Origin: Phaeosaccion multiseriatum
Taxonomy: Eukaryota > Protista > Ochrophyta, other classes
Length of the DNA stretch: 64,000 bases
Reading direction: 5' to 3'
Assembly: GCA_965112735.1 (NCBI GenBank)
Contig: OZ218951.1
Location: 4,092,001 to 4,156,000, forward strand
Part shown: positions 1 to 10,114 of the stretch, piece after piece
Numbering within the stretch: position 1 is the first letter of the stretch
How the letters are laid out: each line of letters begins with the position of its first letter
Notes under the pieces: generated by a model
Databases searched by the model: none
What the model saw: only the letters and a program-made list of their open reading frames with translations
Told to the model about the DNA's origin: nothing
Position numbers and translations under genes: made by a program

Positions 1-3000
1 CATCCACGTAGAGACCTACTATTGCCGGGCTCGGGTCGTTGCGTACGAAGATGCAGGGCTCGTCAGTGGTGGGCTCGAAGTTGAGCTTACGTAAGTACTT
101 CGTAAGTAGCTTGTTCCACTCGTAGCCGCTCTGGGCCAGTCCGTACAAGGTCTTCAGGAGCTTGGGCCACCTTGGTAGGGTCCTTGACGTATCCGGGTGG
201 CTGCCTCATGTACACAGTCTCCGAGAGAGTTGCGTACAGGTAGGCGCCGCTCACGTCCGCGGCTCGAATCTCCCACTTGCGGGAGGCGAGCATGGCGAGC
301 ATGAGTCGAAGGGAAGGGAAGCCGAGTGTCGGAGCGTAGGTCTCGTTGAAGTCTTCTCCGTACCGCTGGCTGTATCCGAGGGCGACCAGTCTTGCCTTGT
401 GCTTGACGATCTCGCCCTTCTCGTTGAGTTTCACTTTGAATACCCATTTGCTGCCAACGATGTTGGCTTTGTCTGGTTTGTCGACGAGTGTCCAGGTCTG
501 TTGGTCCATAAGCTGATTGTACTCGAGGTCGGCGGCTGCGCGCCATTCCTTTGCGTCGGGTCGGCGCACGGCCTCGGGTGGACTGGCTGGTTCACGTTCA
601 ATCTGTATGTCTTGATAAGCGTAGTAGACCTGGTTCGTTTCGCTCCTGTAGCGCGCGCGCCATTCTTCTTCTTCGATGGCGTCGTCATTGTCGTTGAGTC
701 CAAAACCGCTCTCCCTGAATGCTTTTGCGCCTTCTGCTGACTTGCCGATGGTGTGTGCTGCAGATTTGGGTTGACCGAAGCGCACGCTCTTCGTGGTGTT
801 GCGCCTGGGGCGCCCGATGCAAGGCGTGGGAGTAGAGGGCAGGTTCTCCTCGTTGACCTCGTTCGCCTCTTCTGCTTGTGCATGGACTTGATTCTGCTCC
901 GGCTCTGGCTCGCTCTCCTCCTTTGACTCCTCGCTTGATGTCGTGTTGTTGACTGGCTCGGGTGAGATGTCTTGACCGTCCTTGCTTGCACGTAGCCTGT
1001 GATCGTCAATGAGTTTGATCTCGTGGAAGGTGACGTGCCGAGACATTCGCACGACGTTGCGTTGAGGGTGGTATATCTCGTATGCTGGCGAGCGTTCGTC
1101 GTATCCAATGAGGATCCATCCAGTTGATGCTCGAGGGTGAATCTTGTTCGGTCGCTCCGCTCTGTTTCCGGGCTCGAGGTGCAGGAATCCAGGTGAGCCG
1201 AAGGTTCTGAGGTGGTCGATGGAAGGGGCTCTGCCATACCACTTGTGGAAGGGGCTCTGATGGTCGGGGAGGCTTGATGTTGGTACTCGGTTGGAGATGT
1301 AGGCCGCAGTCTTCAGTGCTGGCTCCCAGTAGCGTGGTGGAAGTACTGAGGCCTCAAGTAGCGTTCGCATCATCTCCGTAAGGGTGCGGAATGCGCGCTC
1401 GATCTTGCCATTCTGGCGGGGCTCGTATGGCGCGCTGAAGCGGTGCTGAATTCCCATGGTCTTGTAGTAGGACTTGAGCTCCTCGCTGTCAAACACTTGT
1501 TCATAGTCGCTCTTGATGCGGCTCACCTTGAGATCGTCCGGGCGGATGACGGTGTCGAAGAACTCGACGATGAGCTTCGGCACGCTCTCCTTCTTCTTCA
1601 TTGTGAAGATCCATTTGCGGCTGGTGAGGCGGCAGATGATGCCGAGGGCATACCGGTGCCGTCGTATGGGGGGGTCGAATTTGCCCAGTAGGTCCATGTA
1701 GAGGGCCTCTGCTCGTCTGGTAGGAGCCATCGAGTCTCCGCCAGTGAGTGGTTGGTGATGTGATTTGCATGTTGTGCAAACGGCGCATTCGATCGCTGAG
1801 TAGGGTCGTGACGGTTTGGTGCTGCGCGTTGCCAGTACTCGGTTGAGGTCCGCGACGTTGATGTGGCCTAGTCGATAGTGCCAACGCACTCCGTAGAGCA
1901 TGCGTTTGCTGTGATCGCTGGCGTGTGGGGCAGCGCCCCCAGGAAGTGCGCTGTCTTCATCGTCGTTGGGCGGCGCGGTGACTCGCTCTGTTGTCCTGGG
2001 CGCTATAGCGCGCGTGGTGGTCGCCCCCTCGGAGGGAGGCACCGTGGCCGTATAGGCAGTGTAGATATCGGCCGGTCGGGCGTGCAGAACGAAGAGACGG
2101 TTGGTGCGCTCCAAGGGGAGCCGCACGCCGTTTGGCAGTGTCATGTAGGCGTGGGTCTTCGTCATGGTGCAGCTGATGCCATTGTCGATGCTGCGCTGGA
2201 CCGAGATGAGGCGTGCGCCCATGCGAGGGACGTAAAGGACGTCGCGAAGGGTGATGTAGACCAAGTCGCCAGTAGAAGCGGTGAGCATGAAGTGGGCGTC
2301 GCCGATGGCGGTGGCATTCACTGTGCCGCCACCGACTTTGATCTCGGAGTGGGTGGGGCGGGCGTTGAGCAAATCCGTGTAGACGTTGGTGATGTGCTGA
2401 TTGCTGCCGGAGTCGACGAGGAAACGAAGTCCGGGGGTGTGCTCGTCTGCTGCCATCATGCTGACGGCCATGGATGCGTTGGGGCGCCCGCCCCCTCGTC
2501 GAGGAGGCGTGTCCAGTACAGTCTCCTCGTCAGAGTCGTAAGCGTGCTCCATAGGTGGTGGAGTGTTGGACATCATGCTTTGTGCGCGTGCTCCATTCGA
2601 GGAGCCGCGAGCGTCGTGGGTACAATCTTGGGTGCGATGTCCCTCCGTCTTGCATATCACACAGTAGTTGGAGTTGCTGCGGCATTCCTGCGCTGTGTGC
2701 CCGCGCCTGTAGCAGTTGTAGCATCGGGGTCGGGCGTCGTTGGTACGGTTGTTGCCTCCGTTGGTGTTCCGGGATGGTCCGCGACCGCTGTTGTTGTTGT
2801 TCCGGGCATTGTTGTTGTGGCCGGAGCCTCGGCCGCCTCCTCCGCGGCCGCGTACGGGGGCAATCGCGCTGTGGGCGGAGTTGCCGTGGTGTCTGTTCTG
2901 CTGGTCAGGGTGTGAGGTGCTTTGTCCTCCGCGTCCCTGTCGGCCTTCTTGTTTCGTGTCTGGTTTAGTGCTGGAGCGCTTGGTGGCCTGCTCGATCAGG

Positions 3001-3712
3001 CGTTGCTGTTGCGCCTCCGATAGAATCTTCTTGGCGGCTTCGTAGTCGCAGTGCTGGGCTCGAATGAAGCGCAGCGTGGTACCGTAGTACGAGTGTACTC
3101 CGGTCAGTAGCTGTGTGCAAAGGTGAGCGTCGCTGACGCTCTCACCTTGAAATTGCAGCATGGGCACTGTCCCTAATCCTTTCTAGGTCGTGGATGTAGG
3201 CGTCCATGTCAGCGTCTTGGGTGTCCATGCGGCAGTTCTGCAGTCTCCCATAGAGGAGTGCGATGCGTGGCCCATGGGAGGTTTCATATTTCTCCTTCAA
3301 AGCTGTCCAGGCGCGTAGGCCGTCGTTGCGAATGCTGCCTGGTGCCGTCATTTCCGTGGGCGAGTACCAGCTTCTTAGCAGTGGAGTGGTTTTCACAGCT
3401 GAGGTACAGCCGGTGAAAGAGTGTCTTGTTGCGCTTGTGGAAGGCAGCTATTTTGTCAAGCTGCTCCTCGTTCAGTTCGGCGTGAGGAATCTGCTCCATT
3501 TGGGGAGTGTCCTCATCGAAGGGGGGGGGGGAGGGAAAGGAAGGAAGGACTTTAATGCCTGCGATGATGTCGTCGAGGTCATTGTAGAGTCCGCAGTGGG
3601 CAGTAAAGCTACGTGCCCAGTCGTCGAAGTCTTCGAGAGACGGGACGGCTGATGTGGGATCTGTGGGGAAGGGGATCACCTTGATGCTTTTCTCGTTCCC
3701 CTTGGTGGCCAT
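1..3712 (-). CDS. Copia gag-pol polyprotein, interrupted by three +1 frameshifts (~3360, ~3172, ~163)
   Basis: Gag DGLRAWTALKEKYE; two CCHC knuckles (CYNCYRRGHTAQEC, CVICKTEGHRTQDC); protease FLVDSGSNQH; WHYRLGH...CxxC; integrase D..D..E (MDLLG, SDYEQ, NGKIER); RT SKWVFKVK, KARLVALGYSQ, and after reframing LLKTLYGLAQSG...VGLYVD at the window edge. Confidence 0.93.
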
Positions 3713-4450
3713 AATTCTCCGCTATTTCCGTAACGGGAGGAAATATGTCAAGGGGTTTTCCGTATTTCGTGTGATGGAGGATGACCCTTAAAACTTCGTA
3801 CACGAGGAGTGTGATAGAAGCAAATGGACACGGGGTCTTGTGAGAGTGGATAAATGAAGCTGTATTGAGGGTTTTAAGGCAGTTGCCTCTACTCTCAAGG
3901 GTACAGTTTCGATCTAAACCTGAAAGGACGAGATTTAATCCCGAGCCAACTCAAGTCTAGGCTTCCACGCTCTCCTTCTCCTGCTCGACTCCGCTGTCGT
4001 TGTCGCTGTCGTTGTCGCTCGGTGCGCGGTTGAGTTCCCCGTCCGAGTACGTATAAGAAGATGCGCTCGGTGTTGAGTTTGGTGAATCCGGGCGGTTGAT
4101 GCACGGATAGGTGATATCGTTGTCGATGTCGTTGTCGGTGTACGTACGACTCGCGGGTGGCGAAGGGGGTGTTTGTGCTCGATAGCGCGGGTGTCGGCGA
4201 ACGGGCTATGTCAAGTTCCAGTTGTCTGCGTCCGGTTCTTCAATGTCGCTGGCGTCTTCAAGGCGACGCTTATTGTCAGACTCGATGTTCGAGTTACGAG
4301 TTGTATGCGAATAGCGACGGCTGTCCGTCTCGAGGATTGAGCGGCAATGTAGTCCACGCACTCGAGAAAGCCAGTGGAGTAGCACTTGTGCTGCTCGCTG
4401 GGCCTTGCTGTTTGCTGCAATGCAGGCGGTGCCGGCGCGTTCCGCCTCGG

Positions 4451-4768
4451 TGATGGCGGAGTCGAGGTCCTCGTTGATGAGGCGGGTCTCTGCGTGGTGC
4501 GTCTCTTCCGCGGCCTTCTGGTGTGACTCCGCTTCGATGATCCGAAGCGCCTGGTTGATGGTGGTGACTGTCGCTGCCGGTGCGCGGGCTTCACCGTGAT
4601 ACGGTGCACCGATCTCGATGGGTGACACCGGTGTTGCACGGGCAGCGACAGTCACCACCATCAACCAGGCGCTTCGGATCATCGAAGCGGAGTCACACCA
4701 GAAGGCCGCGGAAGAGACGCACCACGCAGAGACCCGCCTCATCAACGAGGACCTCGACTTCGCCATCA
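4451..4768. repeat. Long inverted repeat in the retrotransposon leader (133-bp arms, 52-nt spacer)
   Basis: 4451-4583 is the reverse complement of 4636-4768 with about 2 mismatches; the same peptide appears on both strands in the ORF track. Confidence 0.95.
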
Positions 4769-4969
4769 AGAAGAGTTTGCCTTATCTCCGTCACTGGATG
4801 TAGATGATGCGAAGGAGAAGTAGGTAGATGGATGTGGTGTGTGTACAGTCAGTTGACAGCGTACAGCAGTGGTGAGCTTGAGGCTCGTAAGACGCCAGTG
4901 GACGAGGCGAATGACAAACAGAGGGCAAGCAATGGAACCGAAGAGGGCAGGGCGACACTCGATAGTGCA

Positions 4970-4986
4970 ACCTTACCTCGAGTCCA
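4970..4986 (-). promoter_or_regulatory. Putative primer-binding site TGGACTCGAGGTAAGG
   Basis: TGG directly after the LTR end on - (complementary to a tRNA CCA); not the usual tRNAiMet PBS TGGTATCAGAGC. Confidence 0.6.
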
Positions 4987-5262
4987 TGTTGTGAATACTT
5001 GCGGCAGATAAAGGGATGTTAAATGTCCTATTCTTGTCTGTTTATCTGGTTGTGAGCACTAGTTGTGCTCCTAGTCCCCGAGGGGGGAAGATAAGTGTGG
5101 CATGATTGACTGCAAGTTGCAGGCCATGTCATCACAGTGTGGTCGCAGAAGGCGCGTCCACAGAACATGAGTCTAATGTACGATACTCTCAACCTAAGTA
5201 TACCTGTGTAGGGTCATTCTGTCGGAACCCTGTAGTTCACAGTTGGCTTGGTATTTCCAACA
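4987..5262 (-). repeat. 5' LTR of the copia element (276 bp)
   Basis: Starts tgttg at 4987 and ends caaca at 5262 (TG...CA inverted termini); abuts TGGACTCGAGG on -. The partner LTR is outside the window, so it cannot be compared. Confidence 0.75.
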
Positions 5263-5842
5263 ATGATTTCAGAAGGTCAGCCATGTCTATCGATCCATGT
5301 AGGCAGGCCTGCTGTCTGCTGGAGGATGAGAGGAAACGAGGGCCCTTGCATATCTGCGCCGCGCCAAGCGAGCGAGTGCTTCACGAGCGAGCGAGCGTGA
5401 GGCCGTCACGTCGATACATCACATGCAGTAGTTGGTGATACATGTGCTTCAATCTCACCAGCCTCCCGCGTTGGCGATGCTGTCAAGCAAGAAGAAGCGG
5501 CAGCTAGAAGGAGTCCCCACAGCGACAGAGGAGGGGCAGTAGTAGCAGAGCCAGGAGGAGGAGGAGGAGCAGCAGCAGCAGGAGGAGGAGGAAGAAGAAG
5601 AGCGGACAGCTGAGAACCTCCCTCCGAGAAGAAGAGAGGAGGAGAGGGCAGCGAGCGAGCAGAACGGTCGAAGGGCAGTGACGTCATAGTGCGTAATAGT
5701 AAGTCAGGGAAATGTGATTCGCATTCTGGCGGCCTCTGGAGGCGTGATTCGTGATTCCGTGAACCGCTACACAGCGTGATTCGTGCTTCTCGGTGCCCTC
5801 CCTCAGAATCACGTCAGGGATCGATCATCGACGATCACCCAG

Positions 5843-5913
5843 TCAACCCTCTAATCGCCGGCGCCGGCCGGCGCGCTATCCGGCCCCCCGGGGCCCGATA
5901 GCGCGCTATCGAG
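5843..5913. mobile_element. Truncated copy of the GCTATC/GATAGC-rich MITE family
   Basis: Begins tcaaccct and contains gccggcgcgctatccggccccccggggcccgatagcgcgctatcgag, nearly identical to 34639-34686. Confidence 0.6.
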
Positions 5914-6662
5914 CAAGCAACTGCAAAGCTATCTCTTCCTCCTCTCCACGGCTTGTGCATTTCGGGATACTCGGCATTAGACCTGCTAATGAATGAAGCG
6001 AGGATGAGAAAAGAGAGGGCGAGGGTGTTGGAGGGGGGGGCGTGTCATCAAATAATTGCCTACGCCTGGGCCATTGACTTAGTCGGTGATCCTCTCACGT
6101 TTGTCGCTGGAACAAAATTGACGAGCCCTGGGAAAAGCAATAACACCTTCCTTCACACACAAACTCTGCTCTGGATAGAGGGATGAACTACCTCCGAGAC
6201 CTTGCGTACAGGATACCCCAGCACTGAGCCAGACAGAAGCAGCAGAAGCAGCAGAAGCAGCAGGAGCAAGAGGAGGAGAAGGAAATTCAACAGGGTTGGA
6301 AGGCTTTGCAAAGGTTAAGGTTTCAGGTGAGCCAGCCGGAGCGGAGTGACAGGAAGGGGGGGGACTGACTGCTCTTGGCCACACGCAGGTGGCCCATCCC
6401 CTAGCATCGAAGTAGCAGCGCCGCCTTTGCAGAGAGTACTTTTCTTCAAGCGCTTTTTTTGTTCCGTCTTTTTCGGACCTTTCTGTTGGCTCAACTCCTG
6501 TCGCCGTCTGCTCTCCCGCCTGTCGTCCGTCTCGCCCAACAGCAGCCACCAGAAGGGAGGGAGTACTTCATTCTTTAGGAGGAAGGAGGAAGGCTCTCCA
6601 TTAAGGGAGGACACGAGACAAGGACGAGGCGGGAAGAGGAGGAGTTAGAGAGGGAGTTCAAG

Positions 6663-7046
6663 ATGCTGGCGATCGCGAGACAAACGGTCTCACCCTGCTT
6701 GCGGCGCAGGTCCATCTCATCTATCCACACCCTCCCCCCCGGAGTGCGGGAGGGGGGGGGGGAGGTGCAGCAGGCGAGGGAGGAGGCATCGAGCAGCAGC
6801 ACCATTGCCACTTCCTCCGCGGGGATTTTGGCCTTGCCAAACGTGTGTGTTGACTTGGAGGGACGCCTAACTCGAGTCAACAAGGCCCTCGACTCTTTGG
6901 CTGCGACCATGGCTGCCATACGAGGCGATGAGGAGCGTGAGCAGCTGAGCCTTCACTACACAGTCCTTCGAGCACAACGCGGAATGATCGCCAACGCGGT
7001 GCGGCAAATGGCCTTGCTGGAGGAGGGCAAGCCAAACATGGGGTAG
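6663..7046 (+). CDS. Small hypothetical protein with a helical/coiled-coil C-terminus
   Basis: 127-aa ATG-started ORF with natural-looking composition (DLEGRLTRVNKALDSLAATMAAIR); no recognisable family. Confidence 0.3.
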   Translation: MLAIARQTVSPCLRRRSISSIHTLPPGVREGGGEVQQAREEASSSSTIATSSAGILALPNVCVDLEGRLTRVNKALDSLAATMAAIRGDEEREQLSLHYTVLRAQRGMIANAVRQMALLEEGKPNMG

Positions 7047-8499
7047 GATAGTGCTCACTCGCAAGAAGACTCTGTTATGGTGGTGAACTCGACCTTTTCT
7101 CTTGTGTAAGTATGAGCAGCACTCTCTCGTTTCGTTTGTTTCATGATCAGTGCCTCCCCCATTGAAAGGAAGGGAAAACTAATGTAACATTATGTATGAT
7201 ATGACAAGTTTCTTTTGTTGCGGGAGACCGGTTGCTCAATCCTTATCAAGAGAGCGAACCGCGCCCACGTGCCTACCCCACAGCAGGGAGAGGACCGGTG
7301 TATACTTGCGTAGCAGCAGCTCGCCTCACCACCACCGTGGTACCCCGCTCCCTACTTCCTCCCCCAGACACCTCCCCCGCCCCTTCCCACCTCATGCAAA
7401 GTACTTGGTCTCCTCTCCTTGTCGCTCCTCCTTCTGCTCAACTGTGACTACAATCGCTCGAGAACGACCGCTTTCCTTCCCAACTCCGAAAAATAAAGGG
7501 GGGGAGAAGGGAGGAGGAGATTGGAGCGTGGCGAGGAATGAGGTGTAAATGTATAGGAGTGTTTCACAATTCCCTACCTCGCTACTGGAGGGAGGCTCTC
7601 TGTCTCGATGGCGAGAGTCGAGCTTTGCGAAGGCTATGGCTGTGGACTGCCTAACGGACCACTGGGGTTAAGTCGATTGGTCCCCAGGCGCGTCACTCTG
7701 AGCGAAGCACAGGAACGCAGTGAAAGCGTGCAAGCAAGAGGGCAAGAGTGGAAGCGTGCAAGCAAGAGGGCAAGAGTCCTATGCCTCACCCCCCTGGCGT
7801 GGTCTGATCGCTGAAGACATCAGGGGCTGAGAGAGTTCAGTTTTCAGTTTTCACTTTATGTGTATGTGACCTTATCAATGTATATATGAAAATGTATATC
7901 GAACACCATAAATGTAGTCGATATATCGAAGCTGATCTGTGCCTGCTCCAAAGGAGCGTCTGAAGACTCGGGAGGATCCATCCGTCGTGTCCTGGCCCTG
8001 CTTCCACTCGACTTGTCGACTCTACTAGAGAGAAGAGGGAAGGGAAAAGGTAGCAATATCTTCTCGTCTGCCGATCTGCGTTCCGTTCCGCCGTTCCCGA
8101 AAGCTCCTTCCGCCGCGGCCCTTCTCATTGTGAGGAGAGAGGATAATGACTAGAGAGGGAAGAGATAAGAATAAGTGTGTATGTACTGCACGACCATCTG
8201 ATGAGCTCGGGTCCCGTTCCCACGTTGATGCACGCACACACGTATCAGCTTGACTAAAAAGGTGAGTGAGTCCTGGAACGGTCCTGGAACGGGGTCCGAT
8301 TGATTGATTAAAGAACTGAGTAAATAAAAACACCAATCTGCCGCAATGTCCTCGCGATTCAAGCCTAGTGCAACGCTCTCTCTCCTACCCTGCGCTTCAT
8401 ACAGCGCGCTTGACACAGCCCCAGCAGCAGCACCTGACAAGTTGCACATGTCTTGTTGTAGCTCCCCACCCACTCCTCTTGCTTGCGGGTGGGCCTTTC

Positions 8500-10071
8500 C
8501 TATCCAGCGATGGTTGGCAGAGAGGCACTCGCACTCGACGCCTGCAGGGTGTCATTCGGAGACCCCGCGGCGGGCTTCCTCCTTCTGAAGAGACCGAACA
8601 CACCACCACACACCAAACGATAGCACGACTGGCCTCGCCCAGCCCCTCCTCCTTGCCCTCCTTCCTCGCTGCTGCTCGTGCTCAGGTGAGGCAAGTCCTC
8701 CTGCCTTGACGAGTCGCCTAGGTAGCCTCGCTCCTCTAGCTCCATCAAGCTGTGAGTCAGCCTTCTCTGTCTCACCAACAGCCGCAGGAGCAGCTCCAGC
8801 GCCCCAATCGCACCAGTGAGCGATCGCAGCTCACTACCTGCTTCTTCATTCCAGTCTGACCCATCCTCCTTCTCCTCCTCGTCCTCGTCCTTGTCCTCCT
8901 CCTCTTCCTCCTCTAGCTCCCTCACCCCCTCTCGCACTGGACTCACAGATTGCGTCCCTACTGCTACCTCCGCTGCTGCCGCCACCGCCTCTTCTGCCAA
9001 CCTTGTCGTCTCCGACTGTCCGATCTCCATGTCGATACTCATAGATATGTACTTTCCCCTCATGAAGGGACTTACTCCGAGGGGCGTGGCCAAACTCGGC
9101 TTGTCTCGTAGCGACACCAAAGAAGGGCAGGATCGAGCAGCCCCCACCCCAACCCGGAAACCTTCCTCTGCCTGTACAGCCTGTATCGCCAGCGAAGCCC
9201 TCAGTGGTCGGACTGGGCTCTTCACTGGACTGGGACTGAAGCCGCTGCGGACACTCACCCCTCTCTCCCTGTCCCTCTCTGGCAGGCTGACCGTCGTCCC
9301 ATTTCCATTCATGCCTGGCCCTGTCACCCTCCGGACCGGCGGTGTCCTTGGCGTGCGTCGCGGCGATGTATCGCCCCCAATCATCATCTTCTTCCTCCTC
9401 GTCCTCTTCAAGGATAGGGAATCGCTCGAAACCGTCCTCCTCTTCCTCTCCTTCTCCTCCTCCTCCTCCTCCTCCTCCTCCTCCTCCTGCTGCTGCTGCT
9501 GTGGTTGTATCACCAATTCCTGCTCCGCCCACCGTCCTGCCCGCGCGTTGAGCTCCGAAGGACACGATCTTCCTACCTCCCCCTCTCCCCCTGCCTCCTC
9601 TTCTTGCAAGGGCGGGCGGCCATTCATCACACTGAAGCCGCCGGGGCCTCCCTCCCTCAGGCTGCCCCTACCAACGCCCGTTCCCCAGTCAATCCTTCCC
9701 GGTCTCTTTCGCGTCCGGCCCAACCCCACCCCACCCGCACGGCCACCTTCACCCTCACCTTCACCCTCACCCTCTCCTGGCGGCGGCGGGGTCGTGTCAC
9801 CCCCAATCATGATCTTCTTCCTTCTCCTCCGCGTCTCGGGTGGGGAATTTATGCATGTCTCAATGGCCTTCATCAGATGCTGCTGCTGCTGCGGATGTGG
9901 CTGTATCACCAACTGCTTGCCTTGGTGAGAGAGCTCTGGCTCAGCGTCTCTCTGAAGGTGGTAGCTTTGTCCTACCTTCCATCCATCATCTCCTCCTTCT
10001 TCGTCTTCGTCTTCGTCTTCGCTTGCCCCTTCTTCCTCTTGCTCTTCCGCTTCCTCTTGCTGCTGCTGCTC

Positions 10072-10114
<43 letters not shown>

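Larger units (their letters stand above)
1..5262 (-). mobile_element. Ty1/copia LTR retrotransposon (5' LTR, leader, gag-pol; 3' end lies left of the window)
   Basis: Domain order gag-zinc knuckles-protease-integrase-RT is diagnostic of copia; a TGTTG...CAACA-bounded LTR at 4987-5262 is followed on - by a TGG-starting PBS. Confidence 0.95.

Noticed and set aside
162-3045. Long plus-strand ORFs over the retrotransposon (and over other GC-rich exons such as 8816-9928 and 62204-62980)
   Set aside because: Antisense shadows of high-GC coding sequence.
3140-3400. Programmed ribosomal frameshifting in gag
   Set aside because: Three shifts fall inside conserved domains without slippery heptamers; indels or sequencing errors are simpler.
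7190-8480. Exon-like pieces with splice signals on the minus strand
   Set aside because: I could not assemble a stop-free, recognisable reading frame; they may be UTR or an unresolved small gene.
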